The notes below the pieces were generated by a model that saw only the letters and a list, made by a program, of their open reading frames with translations, was not told the DNA's origin and did not search any database. Shown piece by piece: positions 28,352-37,533 of a DNA stretch of 64,000 nucleotides (its first letter is position 1; every line of letters begins with the position of its first letter). The stretch is from a virus (taxonomy: Duplodnaviria; Caudoviricetes), in IMG/VR virus record IMGVR_UViG_2862465376_000001, positions 1 through 64,000 of that record; one strand, 5' to 3'. Made by a program: the position numbers and the translations under genes.

Positions 28352-28648
28352 ATGGCCAGTGAGAGCCCCGAGAACGTCGGGCAGCTGTGGCGCCTGATTG
28401 AGCGCGAACTCACCGACGTGAAGAGCCGCCTCGACAGCTACGTCACCAAGGACCAGTTCGACGCGGAGAAGCGCCTCCTGGAAGCCCGGATCCGCACGGC
28501 CGAGGAGAAGCTGGACGAACTGGGCCGTGCCGCCCGGGAGGATCGTTCCACCAGAGCCCAGGGCCTGCGCGAGTTCATCTACAAGGGCATCATCCCGACC
28601 CTCGCTCTCGTCGTCGCCGTGGTGTCCGTCGTCCTCGCCTCCCGCTGA
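28352..28648 (+). CDS. Lysis-associated coiled-coil protein with C-terminal TM
   Basis: Follows endolysin; coiled coil then one TM. Confidence 0.7.
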   Translation: MASESPENVGQLWRLIERELTDVKSRLDSYVTKDQFDAEKRLLEARIRTAEEKLDELGRAAREDRSTRAQGLREFIYKGIIPTLALVVAVVSVVLASR

Positions 28649-28656
28649 GCCCTTTG

Positions 28657-28691
28657 CTGTCGCCGCACCGGCGGTCACCCCCAAGGGCTGA
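28657..28691 (+). promoter_or_regulatory. Late-type bipartite promoter motif
   Basis: CTGTC-N20-CAAGGGCTGA. Confidence 0.7.
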
Positions 28692-28719
28692 GAAGGCTCG
28701 GTCGTTGAGGGAGGCGCCG

Positions 28720-30837
28720 GTGGGCGGCAGGTTTGAGCGCGTCGAGCGCCTGGAGCACCAGACACTGGGCGCGCAGAAGCTGGCCGTGCGCTCCGAGGAC
28801 TACTGGGAGTACAAGCCCGAGCAGCGGGTGCACACCACGGACGGCCTGCCCGGCGTGGTCAGCCACGTTGAGGACGGCCCTTTCCCGGGCTCGGAGGCGT
28901 ACCACGTCGTCCTGGACCGGGGCATGGGCGGTGGCCAGTACACGGCCTCCCAGCTCCGCCCGGCGCCGATCACCACCGAGGCCATGGAGCAGACGGCGGC
29001 GGCCGACTACCCCGAGCTGGCCGAGGTCCTCGTCGCCCGGCCCGACCCGGCGATGCAGCAGGTGTTCGCGGCGAAGAAGGACAACCCCTTCGCGGACGAC
29101 GACAGCGACGACGACTCCGACGACGACCAGGGCGACTCCCAAGACGACGCCCATGACGACTCCCATGACGAGGACGACGACTCCGACGAGGGCGACTCCG
29201 AGGACTCGGACGACGACGACTCCGACGACGCGCCGCCGTGGGTGAAGAAGGCGTCCTCGCTGTTCTCCGACCTGGTCGTGACGGCCGCCACGAACACGGA
29301 CTTCCGGTTCCACGTCACGGCCGCCTGGCGCGACGTCGTCGCCAAGGCCAAGCGGATCCGCACCGAGGGCCGCCTGCGCGTCACCATGGCCTCTGACGGC
29401 CTGGTCTACGCCGAGGTCAGGGGCGACCACGAGGTCTACGAGACCGGCCTGCAGCGCATGCCCGGCAAGATGGCCGCGCACGCCTGGTCCTGCGGCTGCA
29501 AGTGGGGCGCCTACCACTGGGGCGCCAGCGACGACTTCAGCCGGTTCGCCGGGCGCATGTGCTCCCACGCGCTCGCCCTGCAGTACGAGGCCCAGTCCCG
29601 GGGCATGTTCGGCCGCGACGTCCACGTGGACGAGCACAAGCCGTCCTGGGTGCCGCGCAAGGTCGTCGTCCGCTACGACATCGACGCCGACCAGCACCGG
29701 CTCGCACCCTCGACCGCCGCAGCCCGGCCGGATGACTCGGGCGCCCCGCTTGCCGTCGTCGCGCGCGCGGCCGTGGCCGCCGGTGAGAACCGCGCCGAGG
29801 TCGAGCTGGCGCTGCGTACGGTCAACGCGTCCTGGGACTCCTGGGATGACGACGAGGGGGAGGACAACACCCACCGCACGGACTGGGACCGGGTGCACCC
29901 GCACCTCAACGGCGTGCACCGGGGCATGAACATCGCACTGCCGGACGATGTCCACTCCCACGTGCACGACCCCACCAAGCCGACGGCCGAACGGGCGCAC
30001 GCTCTGGTGAAGGAGGTCACCGGCAGCGACAAGGGCCTCGGCATGCACTGGTCAGGTAACCCGGAGCAGGCCAACCACTACGCACACGTCTCCCACCCCA
30101 CGCCCACGAGCAGCGGTTCGGGCCGCGCGGGTACGCACGTGATCCTGCACGCCAAGACCCCGGACCGGGCGTCGATCGAGACCGACGACGACACCCTGCG
30201 CGACCGCCAGGTCATCGGCTACGACCACCATGAAGACCAGGAGGTGCCGATCTCCGAGGGCGAGCCGGTGCACATCGCCGGTGTGTCGTGGAAGGAGCCG
30301 CACAAGCACGAGTGGACGCGGCACGACTTCGAGAAGCCGCTGCAGCACACCGCGAACGCCAACGCGCCGTTCGGGGAGCCGTCGGGCACCTCGTACCAGC
30401 TGCCGAAGGCTCCGGGGTCTACGTCGCCGATGCGGCCGTGGGAGAACCCGGCGTCGGCCGGGCCGCTGGCGGGCGCGGACCCGGTGGGCTGGAACCGGCA
30501 GCTGCCGCTGCAGTCGTACGCGACGGCCGAGCACTCGCTGTTCGAGCCGGGCGGTACGGAGGCGCTGCTGCACGACGAGCCGGAGGCCGCGCTGCCGTCC
30601 ACGGACGGGGTGCAGCTGCCGTCGGCCGACGACAGCCTGTCGCCGACGTACATGACGGCGGGCCTTCGTCGTCAGGCGCTGAAGGACTTCACCCTCGCCG
30701 AGCAGCAGGCGCTGATCAACGAGGGCGAGGGCGTGCGGGCGGCCAACCTGGACCGCCTGGACATCAAGGGGACCCACTACGCCGACCTGGAGCAGGTTCT
30801 GGCAGGGCAGGAGGACGACATCACATGGCTGGCCTGA
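28720..30837 (+). CDS. Multidomain virion protein: SH3-like, poly-Asp tract, SWIM-type Zn finger, ART-like domain
   Basis: WSCGCKW...MCSHALA (CxC..CxH); VHRG / GMHWS / EDQEV. Confidence 0.75.
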   Translation: MGGRFERVERLEHQTLGAQKLAVRSEDYWEYKPEQRVHTTDGLPGVVSHVEDGPFPGSEAYHVVLDRGMGGGQYTASQLRPAPITTEAMEQTAAADYPELAEVLVARPDPAMQQVFAAKKDNPFADDDSDDDSDDDQGDSQDDAHDDSHDEDDDSDEGDSEDSDDDDSDDAPPWVKKASSLFSDLVVTAATNTDFRFHVTAAWRDVVAKAKRIRTEGRLRVTMASDGLVYAEVRGDHEVYETGLQRMPGKMAAHAWSCGCKWGAYHWGASDDFSRFAGRMCSHALALQYEAQSRGMFGRDVHVDEHKPSWVPRKVVVRYDIDADQHRLAPSTAAARPDDSGAPLAVVARAAVAAGENRAEVELALRTVNASWDSWDDDEGEDNTHRTDWDRVHPHLNGVHRGMNIALPDDVHSHVHDPTKPTAERAHALVKEVTGSDKGLGMHWSGNPEQANHYAHVSHPTPTSSGSGRAGTHVILHAKTPDRASIETDDDTLRDRQVIGYDHHEDQEVPISEGEPVHIAGVSWKEPHKHEWTRHDFEKPLQHTANANAPFGEPSGTSYQLPKAPGSTSPMRPWENPASAGPLAGADPVGWNRQLPLQSYATAEHSLFEPGGTEALLHDEPEAALPSTDGVQLPSADDSLSPTYMTAGLRRQALKDFTLAEQQALINEGEGVRAANLDRLDIKGTHYADLEQVLAGQEDDITWLA

Positions 30838-31247
30838 GCAAGGACATGGAGCCGACGCCGGAGGCGGACGGCAGCAGTGACCCGGTGGACCCCTTCCGGG
30901 GGGACAGCTACCGCTTCACCTGGACCCGCCAGGTCGAGGTCGGTCAGCTGCAGGCGGAGGTGACCGAGACGCTCGGCCCGTCCGTCCAGGTGGCCGCCGT
31001 CATCCCGATCGACGAGGACGGGATGCCGGGGCCGGTGAGCGCCGAGGACCCGATCACCTTCTACGTCACGCCGTCGTCGGTCGACCTGGCGGCGGTGCGC
31101 CGGGTGCTGGCTGAGCACCGGCCGGACCCGTACTACGGGATGTCGGACGAGGAGCGTGCGCAGGCCCAGCTGCGGGAGAAGATCGCGGCTGGCGGTCAGC
31201 TGACGCCGGACGAGATGCAGATGGCGCTGCGCATGCTGGTCGCCTGA
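30825..31247 (+). CDS. Hypothetical protein
   Basis: GGAGG RBS, overlaps previous stop. Confidence 0.75.
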   Translation: MAGLSKDMEPTPEADGSSDPVDPFRGDSYRFTWTRQVEVGQLQAEVTETLGPSVQVAAVIPIDEDGMPGPVSAEDPITFYVTPSSVDLAAVRRVLAEHRPDPYYGMSDEERAQAQLREKIAAGGQLTPDEMQMALRMLVA

Positions 31248-31269
31248 AAAAGCATCGAACTGCCGAAGT

Positions 31270-31295
31270 GCCGGGCCCCTTTCGAGGGGCCCGGC
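31270..31295. terminator. Bidirectional terminator-like hairpin
   Basis: GCCGGGCCCCT-TTCG-AGGGGCCCGGC between convergent genes. Confidence 0.7.
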
Positions 31296-31299
31296 GTCG

Positions 31300-31872
31300 T
31301 TACAGGCCGAGGAGGAAGACCGGCCCGGCGACGACGGCGCCGAGGACTGCTCCGGCCACGGTCTGGGCCGGGGTGTGGTCCTTGAGCTGCGCGCGGGACC
31401 AGGCGACCAGCGGCACGAGGGTGGCGGAGAAGATCCACCAGGGGCCGTAGAGCAGGCCGAGCATGGCCAGGGCGCCGGTGAGGACGGCCGTGTGGAAGCT
31501 GATCTTGGTGTACTTCGTGACGGGCCACAGGACGGCCAGCGTGGCCAGCATGGCGCCGACCATGGACAGGATCGGCGCCGGGGCTCCGCCGACGACCATG
31601 AGGGTCAGGCAGGTCAGCACCGACAGCACGATGACGGGGATGACGATCATCCGCCGGGCCCGGTCGGGGACGTGCCGGTTGGCCCAGGTCCTCTCCTTCT
31701 CGGTGAGGATGATGAACGCGATCGGTATGGCCGCGCAGAAGACGATGGCGGCCAGTCCCCAGCCGACGCCCGTCCAGCCGTAGTGGGCTCCTATGAGCAG
31801 GCACAGGGCGGTGATGACGTTCTTGGGGTCGACGAGGTCTGTGAGGAGCCGGGCCGTCTTGATGCGGGTCAC
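31300..31872 (-). CDS. PAP2-like integral membrane protein
   Basis: KISFH, WSRAQLKDHTPAQ motifs; about 6 TM. Confidence 0.8.
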   Translation of the reverse strand: MTRIKTARLLTDLVDPKNVITALCLLIGAHYGWTGVGWGLAAIVFCAAIPIAFIILTEKERTWANRHVPDRARRMIVIPVIVLSVLTCLTLMVVGGAPAPILSMVGAMLATLAVLWPVTKYTKISFHTAVLTGALAMLGLLYGPWWIFSATLVPLVAWSRAQLKDHTPAQTVAGAVLGAVVAGPVFLLGL

Positions 31873-33152
31873 GCGTTCACTCCGGCCTTGATGCTGCGGT
31901 CCAGACGGTTCATCAGGTCGTTGTCCCTCATGGCCTTGCCGACGGGAAGGAACTTGGCTGTGGTGCCGAAGAGGTCCTTGTCGGCCACGAGGATGGCCGC
32001 GTCCGGCCGCTCGGCGAACGGCGGCTCCCCGGCAGCCTTGCGCTTCATGGCGGTACGCAGAAGGTAGGCGGGAACCGTGTGCCGGGGCAGGCCGAGGTCC
32101 TGCACGACCGTTCCGGCACGCTCGTGCAGGTGCGGGGGGACGTACGGGCTCAGGTGCATGGAGACGTCGCAGATCTCGGTGATCCGCCTGCTGAGGCGCA
32201 CGTCGAGGCGCTTCCAGTTCCAGAAGTCACGCAGGCGCCCGGCCAGCGGGACGAGGGGCGCGGGGAGCGTGCGCTGGCGGGGCTTGGTGTCGGCGTCCTC
32301 GTAGATGACCGAGGGGACGGCGGTGGTCAGCCGGTTCCACATGGGCCAGAGGTCGTTGACGGCGCCGTGGGCCTTCACCCGCTGCTCCATGCGCTCCCAC
32401 TTCGGTGCATTGGCGCCGCCGAGGACGAGGAGGAGGCACCCTGCGAGGCAGAAGTTGGAGGCCATGTCCACGAAGCCTTCGCCGCCGAGGAAGGGCCTGT
32501 TGAACAAGCGGGCGATCAGGTAGCCGGAGCGGACGAAGCCGTACATCGAGCCGACGACGCACCCGAGGGACAGGACCTGCATGCCGTACCTGAAGGCTCC
32601 CCCGGAGGAGGGCTCACGGGAGGCCGCCGCGCACATCATGGAGGCGCAGAGCAGGCCGAAGATCAGGTACGTGTAGAAGAGGAGGAGGTGCAGGCTCCCC
32701 CAGAAGTGCCCTGCCTGGACGAAGATGAAGTCGCCGTCCTCGGCGCTGCCCTGGCGGCGCTGGGACTGCCAGAACGTGAAGAAGATGACGGCGACGGCGA
32801 CCCAGGTGACGATGCGCCGGGGCCTGCTGCTGATGGCGCGCCGGTAGCTGGGTTCGCGCCTGCCGTCCTCTCGGCCGGGGACGACGCTGGTGACCCAGCG
32901 CAGGAGTCCGGCGACGGCGGCCACGCCCATGAGGTGCTTGACGAGGGTGGCGATGTCGTTCCAGCCGGTGAGGTGGTGGAGGAAGTCGCCGACCCCCTGG
33001 ATCTTCTGGGCCATGGACACGTCGAGGGCGAAGAAGACCAGCCACAGGGTCCGGCCGCGCGGGTTGCGGATCGCGGCGGGGGCCCGTCGCAGGACCTCCA
33101 GCGTGAGGGCGATGACGATGGCCCAGGCGAACAGATCAGGTGTGGCGGTCAC
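31869..33152 (-). CDS. MAB_1171c/DUF6545-type multi-TM protein
   Basis: About 7 TM then LWPMW..LTTAVPSV and LSRRITEICD cytoplasmic domain. Confidence 0.8.
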   Translation of the reverse strand: MTATPDLFAWAIVIALTLEVLRRAPAAIRNPRGRTLWLVFFALDVSMAQKIQGVGDFLHHLTGWNDIATLVKHLMGVAAVAGLLRWVTSVVPGREDGRREPSYRRAISSRPRRIVTWVAVAVIFFTFWQSQRRQGSAEDGDFIFVQAGHFWGSLHLLLFYTYLIFGLLCASMMCAAASREPSSGGAFRYGMQVLSLGCVVGSMYGFVRSGYLIARLFNRPFLGGEGFVDMASNFCLAGCLLLVLGGANAPKWERMEQRVKAHGAVNDLWPMWNRLTTAVPSVIYEDADTKPRQRTLPAPLVPLAGRLRDFWNWKRLDVRLSRRITEICDVSMHLSPYVPPHLHERAGTVVQDLGLPRHTVPAYLLRTAMKRKAAGEPPFAERPDAAILVADKDLFGTTAKFLPVGKAMRDNDLMNRLDRSIKAGVNA

Positions 33153-33164
33153 CGGTACTCCAGG

Positions 33165-33704
33165 TCAGGGTTCGAGGCTCTGCCTCATGTTCGATACGAG
33201 CAGCGTGGCTCCGCGCGGGCTGTGGCGGGCTACCCAGCGTTCGGTGAAGTAGCCGAAGTCCTCGGCCTTCTGCTCGCGCTTGTCGGTGCTGGTGCTGTCG
33301 GCGCGGCACCGCCAGCCTCCCAGAGCGGCACGGGCGAGGCCGGATGTGTGGCTCAGCTGGAGGAGACGCACGGCGTCGCGGAGGTCGCGCTTCTCGGGCT
33401 CGTCTCCGTTCACCATGTGCCCGAGTTCGTGCCCCAGCACGTGGTCGAGCTGGACGCCTGTCGCGGCGGGGTGAGCCCAGACGATGTCCGTTTTGAGGCT
33501 GTCGAGGGGGATCCATGCTCCGCTCGGTCCCTCCGGTGAGGCCATGAAGGACTCACGACTCAGGACGAGTTGGTGCCCCCGGACCTGTTCCACGTACGCC
33601 CGCAGCAGCGCTTCCACGGTCCAAGGGGACGCGGGGAGCACCAGGGCCGACAGGGCCTGGTCCCACACATCCTTCAGACCGCCCCGGCGCAGCCTCATTC
33701 TCAT
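33165..33704 (-). CDS. ImmA/IrrE-like metallopeptidase-fold protein
   Basis: PSGAW, HVLGHELGHM (HExxH), EQKAE. Confidence 0.8.
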   Translation of the reverse strand: MRMRLRRGGLKDVWDQALSALVLPASPWTVEALLRAYVEQVRGHQLVLSRESFMASPEGPSGAWIPLDSLKTDIVWAHPAATGVQLDHVLGHELGHMVNGDEPEKRDLRDAVRLLQLSHTSGLARAALGGWRCRADSTSTDKREQKAEDFGYFTERWVARHSPRGATLLVSNMRQSLEP

Positions 33705-33775
33705 CTACTGCCCCCTGTGATCACTAACCTGTTCGAGTACGCCACTCAGCGTAATGCAAGGGGCTGACAACCGGA

Positions 33776-34291
33776 CTACGAGGACCGGTCTTTCCTGGGG
33801 TTCATCTTCATCGCGGCCAGGGTCATGCGGAGTACACCCATCACTGCCTGGGGGTCTTCCTCCTTCGCCCCTCGAAAGATGGCGGCGAGCAACTCGGTAC
33901 CCTCCTCACTCGCTTCGTCACCCTCTGTGTCTAGTTTTTCCTTCAACTCCCGCAAATCTGCGATGAGTTGTACCTCATTCTCCGCTGCACGGGTCTCTTC
34001 CGTCACCTCCGCACCGATGGCGAAGTACGCGGGAGACACCTCGAAGAAGAGGCTCAGCGCCTCGATCTTGTCGAAAGGAGGGTTCGTCCTCTTCCCGCTC
34101 AGCAGCTCACTGAGGAACTGGCGGTTGAGGACGTCCTTCTCCTCTCCGCCGCCCTCATCGTTCGCCAGAAGATTCTTCTTGGCCCGGTACAACCTTGAGG
34201 CCTCCCGAGCGATCTCAGCTAGGGGGTACTCACTCCCGTCGGGCTGGCGCTTCAGGTCGATCAGCCGCCGGATCTTGGTGGCGAGCGGCAT
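33776..34291 (-). CDS. XRE-family transcriptional regulator
   Basis: LSELLSGKRTNPPFDKIEALSLFFEVSPAYF; AGGAGGAGG RBS before ATG 34291. Confidence 0.85.
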   Translation of the reverse strand: MPLATKIRRLIDLKRQPDGSEYPLAEIAREASRLYRAKKNLLANDEGGGEEKDVLNRQFLSELLSGKRTNPPFDKIEALSLFFEVSPAYFAIGAEVTEETRAAENEVQLIADLRELKEKLDTEGDEASEEGTELLAAIFRGAKEEDPQAVMGVLRMTLAAMKMNPRKDRSS

Positions 34292-34355
34292 GGGGTCACC
34301 TCCTCCTGGATGTGATGTTGAAAAATCTTCGCTCATGCAGGGCATCCTAACGCGA

Positions 34356-34440
34356 GCGTCGACAATGTAGACGCGCGGAACCTTAAATCGGTCTCAAGCG
34401 TCGATTAAGTTGACACCATGGGTACTGAGCGTCATACGAT
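34356..34440. promoter_or_regulatory. Two 19-bp imperfect palindromic operators and rightward promoter
   Basis: GCGTCGACAATGTAGACGC (34356-34374), GCGTCGATTAAGTTGACAC (34398-34416); TTGACA-19-TACGAT. Confidence 0.6.
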
Positions 34441-34483
34441 CGGCGTAGCAACGTAACCAGGGTGACGACGGGAGGTGACCGGC

Positions 34484-34894
34484 ATGACTGCAGCCCAGGC
34501 GGCAGTGGTGCTGTCGGCCCGCGCGGAGTCACTGTCCAGGGCGGGAGTTCCGGCGGCAAGGGGCGAGAAGTCCCCGGCCCTAGGAGTCCAGGTGCCCAGT
34601 CCCGCTCTTCCCCGTACGGTCGTCCCGGCCGTCGTCGGTTACATCCTCGCGGCGCTCGCGTCGCACGGCGTCCAGGTGGACGGCACGGCGGAGAACCTTC
34701 TGACCGCTGGCCTCACCGGCATCCTGGGCGGTACGTACTACATCGTCGTCACGGCCGTGCAGTCGCGCTGGCCGCTGGCGGGAGTCCTCCTCGGCTCCAC
34801 CGCCGTCCCGACCTACGAAGGTCGGCATCGCAAGAAGACCATCCCCGGTCCGGCGACCGCCACGTCGGACTCCCCTCCGGAGGACCGGCTGTAG
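34484..34894 (+). CDS. Actinophage-type holin-like protein
   Basis: RTVVPAVVG..., TYYIVV...RWPLAGVLLG...PTY; 2-3 TM. Confidence 0.7.
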   Translation: MTAAQAAVVLSARAESLSRAGVPAARGEKSPALGVQVPSPALPRTVVPAVVGYILAALASHGVQVDGTAENLLTAGLTGILGGTYYIVVTAVQSRWPLAGVLLGSTAVPTYEGRHRKKTIPGPATATSDSPPEDRL

Positions 34895-34909
34895 ACCGCC
34901 AACTGCAGC
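34888..34909 (+). promoter_or_regulatory. CCGCCA-loop hairpin at the holin stop codon
   Basis: GCTGTAG-ACCGCCAA-CTGCAGC (one G-U pair). Confidence 0.6.
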
Positions 34910-34925
34910 TGACGTAGACCGGAGC

Positions 34926-34974
34926 AGACCCCGGCCGACCCACTTCCCTACCACAGGAAGGTCGGCCGGGGTCT
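34926..34974. terminator. Long terminator hairpin
   Basis: 15-bp AGACCCCGGCCGACC inverted repeat. Confidence 0.75.
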
Positions 34975-35023
34975 CTGTGTTATGCGGTCTCAGGAACGCC
35001 CCCGCCTCTACAACGACGTTCTG
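34926..35023 (-). ncRNA. Candidate small RNA convergent with holin-like gene
   Basis: TAGACT-17-TACCGT promoter at 35057-35029; hairpin GAACGTC-GTTGTAGAGGCGGG-GGCGTTC; shared terminator; no ORF. Confidence 0.4.
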
Positions 35024-35220
35024 CCTGAACGGTAGCGGCAAAATCTTTTCAAGTCTATTTGTCGGCAAAGGGAGAAACGCACTCCGGTTCAGAGCGCCCC
35101 CGCCGCCGGGATTCTGCCTCACCTTCACCACCCTGCTGCCCTCCTTCATCAGCTCCACACATCCCTGACGCCCAACCGTTGCCACCGCACCCTGAAAGGT
35201 TGCCGCCCACCCCTCCCTTC

Positions 35221-35256
35221 CTGTTCACCGCACCCCCTCCCTGCCCCAAGAGGCGA
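35221..35256 (+). promoter_or_regulatory. Late-type bipartite promoter motif
   Basis: CTGTT-N21-CAAGAGGCGA. Confidence 0.6.
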
Positions 35257-35295
35257 GGGCGCACCACGCGCCGCCGCCCGACAGGAGGACCCGGT

Positions 35296-37470
35296 GTGCT
35301 GAAGTTCGCCACGGCCCAGATCATCGCCGCGTCGCTCGGCGACCAGCAGCAGCGCTTCTCCAAGGCGGCCCACCGCGCGGTCTTCCAGTACGAGGCGCGC
35401 CCCGGCTACCTGTACGTGCGCAGCAGGGCCATCAGCTCACGCACGAACGACAACCACGACGAGTTCCCCTCCGCCGAGATCGAGGCCGCGTACAAGACCT
35501 TCGTCGGCAAGCCGGTCTTCGTGAACCACGTCAACGACAACCACCGGCGCGCGCGCGGAGTCATCATCGACGCCGCCCTCCACCAGGACAAGAACCCCGA
35601 CGGCACCCCGGACACCTGGGCCGAAGTCCTCATGGAGATCGACGCCGTCCGCTTCCCGAAGCTGGCCAAGGCCATCCTCGCAGGCGAAGTCGACCGGACC
35701 TCCATGGGCTGCGACGTCGAGCGCTCCGTATGCTCCGCCTGCGGCAACGAGGCCCGCACCCCCGCCGAGTACTGCGCCCACATCCCCACCCTCAAGGGCA
35801 AGCGCATCTACCGGCGCACCGCGTCCGGCAAGAAGATCGGCGAGCTGGTCCGCGAGACCTGCTACGGCCTGTCCTTCTTCGAGAACAGCGTCCTCGTCGA
35901 ACCCCCGGCGGACCCGACGGCTCATTTTCTTGGCGTGGACGCCACCGGCATCGGCAAGGCCGCCTCCCAGCAGAAGGTGACCGTCGACCTCACCCCCAGC
36001 GCGCGCGACCTCCTGAACGTGGCCGCCGCGAAGACCGCCGAGTTCAACCCTGCCGACTTCGACTCCGACGACCCCGAAGCGGACGACGACGAGGACGGCA
36101 AGGACGGCGCCGCGCCCAAGCTCGCCGAGCCCGCCCGGCACCAGGCCCCGGCCGCACCCGCCGTACCCAAGGACGGCGCCCCCGCCGACCGCCAGCGCCG
36201 CCAGGACGCCGTCACCAAGACCAAGCCCTACACGCCGCTCAAGCCCAGCCTCAACAGCCTCCAGACCACGGCCAACGGCGACCTGCCCGTCGGCAGCCCC
36301 TTCTGCCGCACCTGCAACCAGGACCTGGAGCTGGTCCGCAACGGCCACAACGCGGCCTGGCAGCACGCGGGCGGTACCGCCACCGGTCACGAGCCGGTCC
36401 CGCACGACGGCCGCACCTTCAACCAGGAGGCGCACCGGCAGGACGAGGCGGCCATGTGGACGCGGCAGTACCCGATGTCCAGCACCGCGCAGCCGCCGCA
36501 CACGGCCAGCCTCATCGACTCCGTGCTCATCAACGCCGACGGCACGATCAGCGCCGTCGCCTACGGCGAGATCAAGGCACCCGCCGACGTTGACACTCTC
36601 CGCGAGCCGAACTGCCCCGTCTGCGGCGACATGGACACCTTCGACGGGCTCGCCTGCCAGGTCTGCGGCTTCATCTCCCCGCCCGAGCAGTTCCGCGACC
36701 CCGACCTCGACAAGGCCAAGACCAACGACCTGCGCAAGCAGATCGTCGACCCCACCCTGATCGACGACAACGGCGAACTCCAGCGCGTCGACCAGGACGG
36801 CACGGCCATGCCGCAGGACGGCCAGCCCGGCGACCCGGCACAGGACCCGAACGCGCCGCAGGACCCGTCCCAGCAGATGGTCGATCCCGACCAGCTCGAC
36901 GACAACGGGCTCCCCCCGTCCCCGTACGGCGACCAGGCCCTCGACGGCACCCAGACCGACGGCCCGGCCGTGTCCGACCGCAACGGCGACGGCATGATCC
37001 AGCCCAACGAGATCGACCCCGAGGGCAACGTCCCCGTCCAGCAGCAGGACATGGCCGACCCCGAACAGGGCGGCCAGGTCGGCCCGCGCGAACTGCCCGG
37101 CTGGGGCAAGGACCGTACCGGCGACCCGTTCACCCCCGGCCCCGACATGCCCTACCGGCCCGACCAGCCCGACGGCCCGGAAGAAAAGCTCGACCAGGAC
37201 GACGCCGACTCTCCCTACGGCATGGCCCCCGCCCCGATGCAGGGCCAGCCCGGCGACGGCCTCCCCGACCTGTTCTGCCCGTCCTGCGGCTACGGCGCCG
37301 ACGCCACACCGCCCCAGACCCAGGACATGGGCAACCCGGACGGCGCCACCGACGGCATCGTCTCCGGCGACGTCTGCCCCAGCTGCCAGCGCGCCCAGCT
37401 CCTCACCCCGGGCGAGATCAACTCCAACTACTCCAAGGCACCTGCTGTCGAAAAGCCCGCCTGGAGCTGA
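35296..37470 (+). CDS. Capsid maturation (prohead) protease with Zn-ribbon and low-complexity extensions
   Basis: FVGKPVFVNH, TSMGC, FFENSVLVEPPADPTA; several CxxC pairs; AGGAGG RBS, GTG 35296. Confidence 0.75.
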   Translation: MLKFATAQIIAASLGDQQQRFSKAAHRAVFQYEARPGYLYVRSRAISSRTNDNHDEFPSAEIEAAYKTFVGKPVFVNHVNDNHRRARGVIIDAALHQDKNPDGTPDTWAEVLMEIDAVRFPKLAKAILAGEVDRTSMGCDVERSVCSACGNEARTPAEYCAHIPTLKGKRIYRRTASGKKIGELVRETCYGLSFFENSVLVEPPADPTAHFLGVDATGIGKAASQQKVTVDLTPSARDLLNVAAAKTAEFNPADFDSDDPEADDDEDGKDGAAPKLAEPARHQAPAAPAVPKDGAPADRQRRQDAVTKTKPYTPLKPSLNSLQTTANGDLPVGSPFCRTCNQDLELVRNGHNAAWQHAGGTATGHEPVPHDGRTFNQEAHRQDEAAMWTRQYPMSSTAQPPHTASLIDSVLINADGTISAVAYGEIKAPADVDTLREPNCPVCGDMDTFDGLACQVCGFISPPEQFRDPDLDKAKTNDLRKQIVDPTLIDDNGELQRVDQDGTAMPQDGQPGDPAQDPNAPQDPSQQMVDPDQLDDNGLPPSPYGDQALDGTQTDGPAVSDRNGDGMIQPNEIDPEGNVPVQQQDMADPEQGGQVGPRELPGWGKDRTGDPFTPGPDMPYRPDQPDGPEEKLDQDDADSPYGMAPAPMQGQPGDGLPDLFCPSCGYGADATPPQTQDMGNPDGATDGIVSGDVCPSCQRAQLLTPGEINSNYSKAPAVEKPAWS

Positions 37471-37533
37471 CAAGAGACGAACACCGCCCACGGCAACCGT
37501 CGTGAGCGCCGAGGCTTTGAAGGAGTGCCCAGT

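Noticed and set aside
29095-29230. GAC-rich tandem repeats
   Set aside because: Simply encode a poly-Asp/Ser tract; not CRISPR or a DNA-level repeat
35059-35295. N-terminal extensions in ORF-track calls (e.g. 35059, 28654, 12650, 54436, 57730)
   Set aside because: They lie upstream of clear RBSs or late promoters and have non-coding composition; starts were trimmed
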